Assembly (NCBI GenBank): GCA_030587365.2
Contig: JAUQZE020000611.1
Coordinates: 1-40,949 of the forward strand
Source of the DNA: Candidatus Freyarchaeota archaeon
Lineage (GTDB): Archaea; Asgardarchaeota; Jordiarchaeia; Jordiarchaeales; Jordiarchaeaceae
DNA length: 40,949 nt
Reading direction: 5' to 3'
Shown here: positions 1 through 8,166 of the stretch, piece by piece
Layout: every line of letters begins with the position of its first letter
Position numbering within the stretch: the stretch's first letter is position 1
Made by a program: the position numbers and the translations under genes
The notes under the pieces: model-generated
Seen by the model: the letters and a program-made list of their open reading frames with translations, nothing else
Databases searched by the model: none
Told to the model about the DNA's origin: nothing

Positions 1-815
1 AAGAACACTTCAGGAGCCAAGAATCGCTCACTGGAGATGGTAATGGTCTCACCATCTGGCAACATATATGTCTTCTCCATACCCGCAACCTTCTCAGCCA
101 GCTTCAGCTCCTTCTCAGGATCCAGCGCAACGTAGCAAAGCTTCTCCTTTATATCACGAACAATTTCTCGCTCTGCACTCGACACCAGAGAGTAGCCTCT
201 TTGCCTCAGCAGTCGGCGGAGATACTCTGTAAGGTCCCTCCCCGCAAGATCTATCCTGGTGATAGCATGGGTAAGTGCAAAACCTTCGTATATGGGTACA
301 ATGTGAGTTACGCCGTCACCGGAGTCAATTACCAGTCCGGTGGTTCGTCCAGAAGCATACAGCGAGAGTACTGCCTGCATGGCAACATACATTGCAGGTA
401 CATTGAAGGTCTCGAACATGATCTCCGCCATCTTCTCACGATTCTTACGCGGATTCAAAGGCGCCTCAGTCAGTAGCACGGGGTGCTCAGCGGGGTCAAC
501 CCTCAAATCGTTAAAGAAAGTATAGTGCCAAATCTTCTCCATAGCGTCCCAATCATTAACCGTACCATGCTCAACGGGATAGACTAGTCTTAGTACGCCT
601 CGTAGGTTTAGGGCTTCTTCTCCGATGTAGTATTCTCGGGTGTAGTGTTCTACGTCGGTCATGATTGAGGCGTATTTTGGGTAGCCTATGCATGTGGGCC
701 ATACGGATCTTGGTTGGTCTTCTCCTGCGTATCCGTTTTTGGTTAGTCCTGTGCCGTTGTCTAGGACTAGGGGTTTTGCGGCTACGAGTTCTTCTTCGGG
801 TGGTCCTATCGCCAT
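1..815 (-). CDS. Actin-family protein, eukaryote-like (Asgard 'lokiactin' class). N-terminal ~271 codons; the 3' end lies beyond the left window edge
   Basis: The reverse-strand frame is open from ATG at 815-813 (GAGGA ~8 nt upstream) to base 1. Translation: [47 protein letters not shown]...[89 protein letters not shown]...[24 protein letters not shown]...[22 protein letters not shown]. These blocks are almost identical to eukaryotic actin as I recall it. The ORF is absent from the track because no stop codon falls inside the window. Confidence 0.93.
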   Translation of the reverse strand, partial: MAIGPPEEELVAAKPLVLDNGTGLTKNGYAGEDQPRSVWPTCIGYPKYASIMTDVEHYTREYYIGEEALNLRGVLRLVYPVEHGTVNDWDAMEKIWHYTFFNDLRVDPAEHPVLLTEAPLNPRKNREKMAEIMFETFNVPAMYVAMQAVLSLYASGRTTGLVIDSGDGVTHIVPIYEGFALTHAITRIDLAGRDLTEYLRRLLRQRGYSLVSSAEREIVRDIKEKLCYVALDPEKELKLAEKVAGMEKTYMLPDGETITISSERFLAPEVF

Positions 816-990
816 ATCTTTTTCCTCTTCTTTATTTTTTTATGATTCATTTATTTTTAGTGATTTTTATTTTATTTTTTTGTGGTTGGTTTTATTGTTG
901 TTGGATGTGTTTTATCTTGTTTTTAAAATTAAGTTTTTGTTTGATTATATTATTGATTTTGGTTCTTTTAAATGTTTTTTTTACCTAATC
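816..990. repeat. Strand-asymmetric low-complexity tract (T-rich on +, A-rich on the actin coding strand) forming the actin upstream/leader region
   Basis: Direct reading of 816-990 shows runs such as tttttcctcttctttattttttt, tttatttttagtgatttttattttattttttt and gttttttttacc. G and C are very scarce on the + strand. The tract lies immediately 5' of the actin ATG. Confidence 0.6.
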
Positions 991-1391
991 TTTATCATCG
1001 ATATCATCCATAGAGTTGATGTTCCCTCTTTTGTTGAGGTTATACGAATGATGCCTGAGTGGTGGTGCAGGACCGTTCTAAGCATAGTTCTCGCTTAAAT
1101 TTTCATAATGAATATGAGGGATGCAGTGATTATTTTTTGAAGGTGGAAAACTGACTTTTGGTATTATCGGGGGCTTTTTGGGGTTAGATTTATTATTCCG
1201 TTTTGGGAATTTTAATTTGGTACTGATATGAGTTTCGTGCCCTGTTGGATTGTCCTGTGCCATTCTATCGTCTAGGGAAAAAGGCGCCACTCTCAGTTTG
1301 GTGGGTTGGTTTTAATATTTATTTGGAGTAATAATCTTCGGTGTTCGGTATTTAATTGTTGTTGGGTGTGTTGGATTTGAGTGATCCCTTG

Positions 1392-2057
1392 ATGATTGTT
1401 GAACGGGCTATCGGAGGCGTTGAGGCGCGTCGGATTATTTTAAAGGAGTTGTTAGAGGGCCCCAAAACGGGGTATGAGCTTAGGGATGCTTTGGCTAAGG
1501 AGTTGGGGGTTAATGTAGACGACATTAGTGACGCTAAATTGTATTTTAATCTGCAGGCGTTAGAGAATAGTGGGCTTATTAATCGGTATCGTGAATGGAA
1601 GAGTAAGTATGCAGAGATTGTTCCCACTATGGTGCAGGCGGTTCGTAGGTATCTGAATGTTAGGGCGCCTATTTTGTGTTTGTGCAGTTTAGACAGTGAG
1701 CCTCTACTGGTGAGGGAAGTGGGGCGCCGTTTAAGGGAGCAGACAGGAATCGACCCTGATAGCTATGTTTTTATTGCGGAGAGCGAGATGCGTACTAGGG
1801 TTGGTGGTAAGCCGGACAATGCGGAGATTATTTGGATTCCTGAGTATGCGATGCATGATTTTAAGAGGATTTACGAAGTAGCCAAGAGTATTGTGGAAAG
1901 GGAAATAGGCAGAAAAGAAGTCATTCTAGATGTGACTGATGGTACTCGGATTAGTGCTGTAGCTCTGCAGCAATTAGCTTGGGAGTACGGTCTGCGTCTC
2001 TTCTATCTTAAGGGTAAAAAGGACGAAGCCCGCAAAGTTGTTTGGATCCGTGAGTAA
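1392..2057 (+). CDS. Winged-helix transcriptional regulator with a C-terminal Rossmann-like (possibly CARF-like) domain
   Basis: The N-terminus RRIILKELLEGPKTGYELRDALAKELG...LQALENSGLI is a PadR/ArsR-type wHTH pattern. The C-terminal half alternates beta/alpha segments (ILCLCSL, YVFIAES, IIWIPE, EVILDVTDGTRISAVALQQLA, RLFYL), and the 'DVTDGTR' loop resembles the DxTGGTK/DxTHG loop of CARF domains. The ORF opens at TTG 1356; the first ATG at 1392 is preferred. The start is uncertain. Confidence 0.6.
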   Translation: MIVERAIGGVEARRIILKELLEGPKTGYELRDALAKELGVNVDDISDAKLYFNLQALENSGLINRYREWKSKYAEIVPTMVQAVRRYLNVRAPILCLCSLDSEPLLVREVGRRLREQTGIDPDSYVFIAESEMRTRVGGKPDNAEIIWIPEYAMHDFKRIYEVAKSIVEREIGRKEVILDVTDGTRISAVALQQLAWEYGLRLFYLKGKKDEARKVVWIRE

Positions 2058-2232
2058 AAATAGGCTTCAAATAGTATCTCTAGTAGCTCCTATATACGCT
2101 ATTTAAAGCATTTTTCATTATTTGCCTGAGAAATGTAAGCTTATAGGTGTTTGTCTAAAAAGAGTCTACTTGGGCCTTTGATGGGGGATAAAAAGAGTTT
2201 CTGTAATTTTTTAAATTCTGAAATATTCTTAA

Positions 2233-2955
2233 TTATTTCTGGAAGGCTTGATTCTTGTAGGTGGGTACGGTAGTTGTGATATTTAGTTGGCTGCAATATT
2301 GTACGTCTTTTTGGAATCCTATTTGTGTTAAGTATTGGGCGTTAGGCGTGTTGTATATTTTTTGGGTTATGTTTTTTGGAATGGGGCTGTTTTGAATGTA
2401 TTTTTTTATTATTTGGGCAGCAATGTAATCTTCTGGTGCGTATTCGTCAAGTCTTCCCACATGTATTATTGTGATTGGTCTTCTTGTGTTTAGAGCCATT
2501 CTTTTAGCTTTTTGGGCTACCGATTTGGCATTAATTAAGCAACCTATAAAAAGGTGTGGGGCGGCTCGGGCGTTGTTCGCTACTCTTGTAAGGTTAGTGG
2601 TGGTAAGTATTATGATTTTTCCTTTTACTATTTCCGGTTTGTATTCGAGTGGACTGTTTCCTAGTTGAAAATTTTGAATTTTGAACCCCTGTCTTTCTCC
2701 CGCGAGGACGACTTTGTCTCGGATTTCTTGTGCCAGTTTTTTTGCCTCTTCTACTGTTGCGGCTGTTATAATTTTTTTAGCCCCATTGTCTAATGCAGTA
2801 GTAATTGTTGTGCTGGCTCTTAAGGTGTCAACCAGCACTATAATGTGTTTTTTTTGTGCTGCTCTTAAGGCCCCTCGCGTCCCGAATGCGAGGTGAACTT
2901 CAAAGTCTCCCCCATCCTGATTTTTCTTTTCTGGAATTAGAGACATTTTTTTCAC
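2233..2955 (-). CDS. comB: 2-phosphosulfolactate phosphatase (ComB family)
   Basis: IIVLVDTLRASTTITTAL...LAGERQGFKIQNFQLGNSPLEY matches the ComB family pattern (VDVLRASTT...GER.G...GNSP). GTG 2955 overlaps the ComA stop (GTGA); an alternative ATG lies at 2946. Confidence 0.85.
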   Translation of the reverse strand: MKKMSLIPEKKNQDGGDFEVHLAFGTRGALRAAQKKHIIVLVDTLRASTTITTALDNGAKKIITAATVEEAKKLAQEIRDKVVLAGERQGFKIQNFQLGNSPLEYKPEIVKGKIIILTTTNLTRVANNARAAPHLFIGCLINAKSVAQKAKRMALNTRRPITIIHVGRLDEYAPEDYIAAQIIKKYIQNSPIPKNITQKIYNTPNAQYLTQIGFQKDVQYCSQLNITTTVPTYKNQAFQK

Positions 2956-3761
2956 TTTTTGGCTAGGAACTTAGTCATAGTATCCCCTCTTAGTCCTATG
3001 CGAAGTGTTTCGAGGGGAATAACATCGGTGGGTCTAATGTTTCCAAGGTTTACATTAGGTCCAAACCGTGTAATGAGCCATAACTGTTGGGATTTGAGTG
3101 GGGCTTCCCAGATAATTTTTTGGGATGGTATTTTGGCAACGATCTCTTCTATGAATGGTTCTTTTACTTTTCCTTCCTCGTCGTAGGGGCCTATTCCAAT
3201 TCCGCTTTCCCGAGCTTCGATGGTTACATAATCCGCCCCGGAGTCTAAATCGGTTTGAATTTGTTTTATTCGGTCGGAAATTTTGAGCTGGGCGTCCTCA
3301 GTTTTGATTTTTCTGCCCACTTCAGTTATTACGGTTTGAAACCCTAATTGTTTAGCCTTTTTTATTAGTTCCGATTTTTCCTGAGAGGATATATTAACAA
3401 CGCCTGTGGAAATTTCAATGGCGGTAAATCCTAGAGTTTTGAGTGTTTCTAGAAACGCTTCGGTTTTCCCTATAATTATAGCGGCTTCTAGGGCGGAACC
3501 TCCACTGAGTGTTTTTATTCCGTGGGAATGATAGAGTTTTAGCTTCTTTTTAAGTAGATTTTTAGGCTGTATGAGCCAAGTCGCCCATCCAAACTTGCAA
3601 TAATCAATATAATTCGCGGCACTTTCAATTACATCTTTTGTTGTAGGGAGGCCTTGGCCAGTATCAATAATGGCCGTTATTCCCTCGATTCTTGGTTTCT
3701 GTGTTCTATTTATCTCAGAGAGCTTGAAGATTTGTTTATTATGATTTGTCAAGCCTATCAC
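2952..3761 (-). CDS. comA: (2R)-phospho-3-sulfolactate synthase (ComA)
   Basis: YCKFGWATW, TIEARESGIGIGPYDEEGKVKE, EAPLKSQQLWLI and LETLRIGLRGDTMTK closely parallel M. jannaschii ComA (KFGWGTS, EGRESGKGKGLFDKEGKVKE, LETLRRGLRGDTFGK) from memory. The start is GTG. Confidence 0.9.
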   Translation of the reverse strand: MIGLTNHNKQIFKLSEINRTQKPRIEGITAIIDTGQGLPTTKDVIESAANYIDYCKFGWATWLIQPKNLLKKKLKLYHSHGIKTLSGGSALEAAIIIGKTEAFLETLKTLGFTAIEISTGVVNISSQEKSELIKKAKQLGFQTVITEVGRKIKTEDAQLKISDRIKQIQTDLDSGADYVTIEARESGIGIGPYDEEGKVKEPFIEEIVAKIPSQKIIWEAPLKSQQLWLITRFGPNVNLGNIRPTDVIPLETLRIGLRGDTMTKFLAKK

Positions 3762-3864
3762 CAGTAATTTTACTACCTTAGAAACCTACTGACTTTAGAC
3801 TTGAGCCCCTTTTTAATATTACTAGTTTTTTAAAAATGTTCTGGTTGGTTTTAATTACTAGTAT

Positions 3865-5139
3865 TTAGTACAGTAACTGGGGGTTCTCCTCTAAAATTTG
3901 GCTTATGGTTGCATCTTTAGATACTGGCCCAATTCTCTCGAAATTGTAATGCCTTTTTTCCCTTTCCACCCCCGTGTACCCTATAATTACCACATCACCT
4001 GAGTCGAATTGGTCTGCAAGTTCTATAGTTGCCTGAATGGCTATAGCTGCTGGAGACATTATTTGTATTTCGAAGATGCTTTCAGAGTTTTCGTAGATTT
4101 CCCTAGATTTCTCCTCGTTCACCTTGTGAAATAGCCCAAGAGTTTCCCTTACCACATATCTAACGTATGGGTAACAATTTTTAGGATATTCATTTTCAAT
4201 GATTTTTGCCCAAGTCGTTGAATTTATTCTCTGAGTGATTCTATCTTGCCCTTTTATGGCGGGGTCCACTATGGAGGCGCACCCTTCGGGTTGGACACAT
4301 ATAAGGTGTATGTATTCTCTAAGAAAGCCGTATTCCCTCAACCGTTCAATTGCCTGGTACCAACCTAGTAGACCATTACCACTCCCTGTGGGATGAATAT
4401 ACCAAACTTTTCCAGAATCCATTAAACTTCTCGCATGTTTTCCATATTTTTCATAAAGCTGAAAGTAGGCCTCATATGCCATAGTCTCTAAACCCGCTAT
4501 CTGGTCGGGATTTGCAAAACCTCCATCCAGTACATATGAAGTTTCTTCAGCCATTCTGATTGAAAGAGATGTAGCGTCAACGTATCGCCCATTAACCAAT
4601 ATAATACGGGTTCTTTCATTTTCATCATCGAAATTAATCAAATTTTCCATTTCTGTAGGTACGAATATGGCTAATTTTCTGAAGGCCCTCTGGTTATATA
4701 ATCCATAAGACGTTGCTGTGTTTCCCGTACTCGAAAGTGTAATATTTGGTATGTTGCGTTCCTTGTAAACCGATAAGGCTACCGATGCGCTTCTGTCTTT
4801 TATAGTTCCAGTAGGGTTAGTACTTTCATCCTTTACAAGAAAAGTAACATCACTGCGTCCCGCCATTCTAGCTATTGTTTGGTCCTCGTAAAGATTGGTT
4901 CGCCCCTCCCCCAAGTGAATCATATTTGAAGCAGGTTTTAGTAGGGGGAGCACTTTCTGAAAAATCCACATTCCAGGAAGGCCTCTTTCGGTTAAATCAC
5001 TTAATTTTTTAGGTCTGAGATTAGGATAACAATATTGAAGTATTCCCCCACATTCTTCACAGGAGGTCTTGTGCCCCACCGCAGGGGAAAGATTACCGCA
5101 CTCGAAGCACTCGTAGAAGATTTCACGCAGATATATCAA
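3865..5139 (-). CDS. Threonine-synthase-family PLP enzyme; cysteate synthase candidate by context
   Basis: There is an N-terminal Zn-ribbon (CFECGN...CEECGG), as in archaeal ThrC and cysteate synthase. The PLP-lysine motif is TNPTGTIKDRSAS (compare TGSFKDR). The protein is 424 aa. It sits between comDE and comAB on the same strand. The start is TTG. Confidence 0.75.
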   Translation of the reverse strand: MIYLREIFYECFECGNLSPAVGHKTSCEECGGILQYCYPNLRPKKLSDLTERGLPGMWIFQKVLPLLKPASNMIHLGEGRTNLYEDQTIARMAGRSDVTFLVKDESTNPTGTIKDRSASVALSVYKERNIPNITLSSTGNTATSYGLYNQRAFRKLAIFVPTEMENLINFDDENERTRIILVNGRYVDATSLSIRMAEETSYVLDGGFANPDQIAGLETMAYEAYFQLYEKYGKHARSLMDSGKVWYIHPTGSGNGLLGWYQAIERLREYGFLREYIHLICVQPEGCASIVDPAIKGQDRITQRINSTTWAKIIENEYPKNCYPYVRYVVRETLGLFHKVNEEKSREIYENSESIFEIQIMSPAAIAIQATIELADQFDSGDVVIIGYTGVEREKRHYNFERIGPVSKDATISQILEENPQLLY

Positions 5140-5310
5140 CTCCTTCTATTTAACGTTCTCTTAAATTTGAGGATTGGTTTTTAAAACTTGTTGGCCTTGA
5201 GAATTTTTCTTTCTCTATTCCCCTCTTTAAGTCTATTGCTTGTTTTTCCAATTCCTTAGAATATGTAAAAACATGTCTTTTCTATTTGCGGGAAAAGTTC
5301 GAGGATGCAA

Positions 5311-5892
5311 TTACGTCTTACCAAGTTTTTTAGGCTTATTCACTTTTTTAACCGCATTTTCAAATCTGTTCTTTATCTCTTGAGGGTGCATTTCTATTAT
5401 GGGCACGTCGGCGTTTCCTTTTTCGACTTTTGCAATAATTACTGTTAACCCTTTTTTAGATTTCCTATAAGCTTCTCTCAGTTTTTGAGGAGACTCCACC
5501 ACAAAAACCCTTTTAATCCCCGCAGCCCGCGCCAGAGCCGCTAAATCTGTTTTACCTGCAGTATAACTTGGTTGCCCCCCTGTCGACCCATAGGACTTAT
5601 TATCAAAAATAATTAATGTTAAATTTCTAGGAGACCAATTGGCTATCGTTACCAGAGAACCCAAGTTCATTAGGATAGACCCATCCCCATCCATGACTAC
5701 CACACGTTTATTTACCGATAAGGATAGTCCCAAACCTATGGAGGAAGCCAAACCCATAGAACCAAGCATATAGAAGTTTTCAGGTCTATCCCCTACACTA
5801 TATAGTTCTCTTGAGGGGAAGCCAAGATTGCAAATCACCAACTCCTTCTCAAGCTCTTCCACAATATTTTTAATAGCTTCTATTCTCTTCAT
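5311..5892 (-). CDS. comE: Sulfopyruvate decarboxylase beta subunit (ComE); the homologous phosphonopyruvate decarboxylase cannot be excluded by eye
   Basis: The ThDP-binding motif is VVMDGDGSILMNLGSLVT. At 193 aa the size matches ComE. It overlaps comD by 23 nt. Confidence 0.8.
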   Translation of the reverse strand: MKRIEAIKNIVEELEKELVICNLGFPSRELYSVGDRPENFYMLGSMGLASSIGLGLSLSVNKRVVVMDGDGSILMNLGSLVTIANWSPRNLTLIIFDNKSYGSTGGQPSYTAGKTDLAALARAAGIKRVFVVESPQKLREAYRKSKKGLTVIIAKVEKGNADVPIIEMHPQEIKNRFENAVKKVNKPKKLGKT

Positions 5893-6382
5893 TTTTCATC
5901 AATTCCATTTCTATTAGTACCGCTACTGGAACCTTATTACTATGAAATGACTTTTTCGCTCTTTCAAAAGCCTCAGGAATTTGTTCCGCATTTTTTGGCG
6001 TATAATGGGGGGCACCTATAGCGTCCAATAGCGCTGGAGTAGCTTTTCCCATAGGTATCTGTGCGGGGATTGTTTCTCCTTTTCCACCCCGCTGAGCTAT
6101 TAGAATTAGAAGTGGTATTTTGAAAACCATATTAAGAGAAGCAAGTGCATTAATTGAGTTGCCTAGACCACTATTTTGCATAATTAATGCTGGTGTTTTA
6201 CCCCCCAAATACGCTCCCGCAGCTATCCCCACACCCTCCTCTTCTCGAGTTACAGGCACATGCAATATTTCTTTTGCCTCATCCAGCATATCTAAGAGAT
6301 TTTTAAAAAGACTACTGGGAACAGATACAACAAAATCAACACCGAATCGAATAAGTTCTCTGAAAATAATATTTGATATCAT
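5870..6382 (-). CDS. comD: Sulfopyruvate decarboxylase alpha subunit (ComD)
   Basis: A 170-aa ThDP-enzyme N-terminal (PYR) domain: VPSSLFKNLLD...TREEEGVGIAAGAYLGGKTPALIMQNSGLGN. It is directly coupled to comE. Confidence 0.8.
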   Translation of the reverse strand: MISNIIFRELIRFGVDFVVSVPSSLFKNLLDMLDEAKEILHVPVTREEEGVGIAAGAYLGGKTPALIMQNSGLGNSINALASLNMVFKIPLLILIAQRGGKGETIPAQIPMGKATPALLDAIGAPHYTPKNAEQIPEAFERAKKSFHSNKVPVAVLIEMELMKNEENRSY

Positions 6383-6497
6383 AAATAAAAGCTCCCTGAG
6401 CGTAAATAATCAGAACTGTCACATTTTAGAAACTTAACCTATTTTAAATACTTTTCAGTTTTATCCTCATTTTTACTTGAAAAACATGAACCATTTT

Positions 6498-7181
6498 TCA
6501 CGTAGTGATACTGCTTTTGTGTAGGTTTTTAAGCGCTACCGCAATACGATAAAACGCAGTAAAATTGGCCAGTATTCCCGCAATTATTAAACCACAAATT
6601 GGCAATCTGGCGTCTAATGGATAAAGAATGGAAAATACGAAGAGAATGAACAATCTTTCTGATCTACCTGCTACACCGCGATCCAAATCTAGGTTATAGA
6701 CTTCCCCCTTAGATCTTGTATAACTCACCATTACGAATCCCGCTAAAGAAATAATCACCCACAGATTGAGCGGAACTAAAAAGTAAAAGTTTGCCGCTTC
6801 CCCCCAAAATAAGAATCCTAAAATCAGAATAAAATCAGAGTATCTATCTGCTAAAGAGTCCAGAATACCGCCTCTGGGCGAGGCGGAGCATGTAATTTTG
6901 GCTAGAGCGCCATCCACCCCATCTAATAGACCAGTAATAAATACTAAAACTCCGTAAAGAACGGGAAAACCATAAGAAATCGTGATAGATGCGAGTAAAG
7001 ATAAACCAAGTGCGAGGATAGTAACTTGATTAGGGGTTAAACCTGCACTTGCAAAACCCTTTGCTATTTTATATATTATTGGTTTGAAGATGCGCCGGAT
7101 TCTATATTTAGAAGGCAAACCGTGCCTCTCCAAACAAATTCTACACCGATGGAAATAAGAGATTTTTATACAGTACCGCAT
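6498..7181 (-). CDS. CDP-alcohol phosphatidyltransferase family membrane protein
   Basis: The full family signature D-G-x2-A-[RK]-x8-G-x3-D-x3-D is present in LLDGVDGALAKITCSASPRGGILDSLADRYSD. There are several hydrophobic helices. The longest ORF (to 7268) overlaps the upstream gene by 128 nt. Internal Met30 at 7181 is preferred, which still leaves a 41-nt overlap. Confidence 0.8.
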   Translation of the reverse strand: MRYCIKISYFHRCRICLERHGLPSKYRIRRIFKPIIYKIAKGFASAGLTPNQVTILALGLSLLASITISYGFPVLYGVLVFITGLLDGVDGALAKITCSASPRGGILDSLADRYSDFILILGFLFWGEAANFYFLVPLNLWVIISLAGFVMVSYTRSKGEVYNLDLDRGVAGRSERLFILFVFSILYPLDARLPICGLIIAGILANFTAFYRIAVALKNLHKSSITT

Positions 7182-8166
7182 TGGAATATTGATTATTCTC
7201 CTCCACAATAGCGTTTCCAAAAAGCACAGAGTTCTGGATAATCGCGCTAGAGGAAATCTCACACTCACTCATCATAGACACAAAGGGGCCTACTTTGCTC
7301 ATAGGGCCAATCTGGCAATTAGATTCGAGTACGGTGGGACCACTTATGATAGAAGTTCTATCTAACCCAATTTTCCACTTTTTCTTTATAGGTCCTCTAA
7401 CTTGTTTCGAGTTCTTGACATAGAAATTGTTTTGAGGTATCAATCCTTTTATAAGTGCAAACTTGTTCGCCCTTAGAACATCAGATATAGAGTCCACATC
7501 GAACCAATAGTTTTTAGAAACATCAATGAAGCAAACTGGTTGGCCGTCTCGGATGAAGAGATTTAATGCATCCAAAAGTATATTTAATCCATTTTCAAGG
7601 GCCTCGTGAATGTAATGAAAAATCGAGGAGTTGCATAGAAGAAGGCTAACACATAGATGCGGCTCCCCCCCTTTTAAAATAGGTTTACGGAATCCAGAAA
7701 CGCGACCATATTTTAACCCCGTGGGGCAGGTATACACAGTAGTTCCCAATTTGGAGTCAGAGGCGATATCTACAGCAATAGTCACTCCCTCCCTTGAATG
7801 TTTTTTCTTCACAGTTTCGATCGCCCTAGGATCTATAATAAAATCTCCAGGGCTCACAAAAAAATTATTTGAAGAAATTTCTTCCTCCGCAGCAAGTAAT
7901 GAATGTATGGGCCCTAAATTATAGTTTTTAGACTCCCTATACCTTATCGACACCTCGTACTGAGCACCATCCCCTAATTGATTTCTTATCTTACTTCCAA
8001 GATGCCCTGTCACAATTATGAAATCGGAAATTCCAGCCTTCTTATATGCCAGAATAAGGTGCTCAATTATGGGACGATTAGCTATGGGGATGAGCGGCTT
8101 GGGAAGGAATTGAGATAGGGCACCCATACGTGTACCCTTGCCAGCGGCCAGTATTACAGCTTCCAA
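7141..8166 (-). CDS. Nucleotidyltransferase (NDP-sugar/alcohol pyrophosphorylase-like) with a C-terminal left-handed beta-helix
   Basis: MEAVILAAGKGTRMG...LPKPLIPIANRPIIEH is the classic NTP-transferase G-loop. The C-terminus has hexapeptide-like repeats (ISGPTVLESNCQIGPMSKVGPFVSMMSECEISSSAIIQNSVLFGNAIVEEN). The start is TTG, with GAGGT ~9 nt upstream. Confidence 0.8.
   Translation of the reverse strand: MEAVILAAGKGTRMGALSQFLPKPLIPIANRPIIEHLILAYKKAGISDFIIVTGHLGSKIRNQLGDGAQYEVSIRYRESKNYNLGPIHSLLAAEEEISSNNFFVSPGDFIIDPRAIETVKKKHSREGVTIAVDIASDSKLGTTVYTCPTGLKYGRVSGFRKPILKGGEPHLCVSLLLCNSSIFHYIHEALENGLNILLDALNLFIRDGQPVCFIDVSKNYWFDVDSISDVLRANKFALIKGLIPQNNFYVKNSKQVRGPIKKKWKIGLDRTSIISGPTVLESNCQIGPMSKVGPFVSMMSECEISSSAIIQNSVLFGNAIVEENNQYSNAVLYKNLLFPSV

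Noticed and set aside
201-525. Track ORFs 201..476 and 340..525 on the + strand
   Set aside because: They lie antisense inside the actin coding region and have no recognisable motifs. The opposite strand gives a clear actin translation.
665-1098. Track ORFs 665..988 and 688..1098 (Leu/Phe-rich 'membrane-like' peptides)
   Set aside because: They are translation artefacts of the T-rich low-complexity tract. They also overlap the actin 5' end in antisense.
1000-1355. Possible C/D-box sRNA signals (ATGATGC...CTGA at ~1039-1051; GTGATTA...CTGA at ~1130-1160), plus similar weak matches in other spacers
   Set aside because: Box spacing does not fit the C-guide-D'/C'-guide-D architecture, and no terminal stem is present.
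1078-1627. Minus-strand ORFs 1078..1290 and 1352..1627
   Set aside because: They have no motifs and odd composition. The second is antisense to the wHTH regulator gene.
2233-6382. Reading the com genes as evidence that the organism is a methanogen
   Set aside because: No mcr, mtrB-G or other methanogenesis marker occurs in the window. The actin gene and the overall context point to an Asgard archaeon. Only possible CoM (or sulfonate) use can be inferred.
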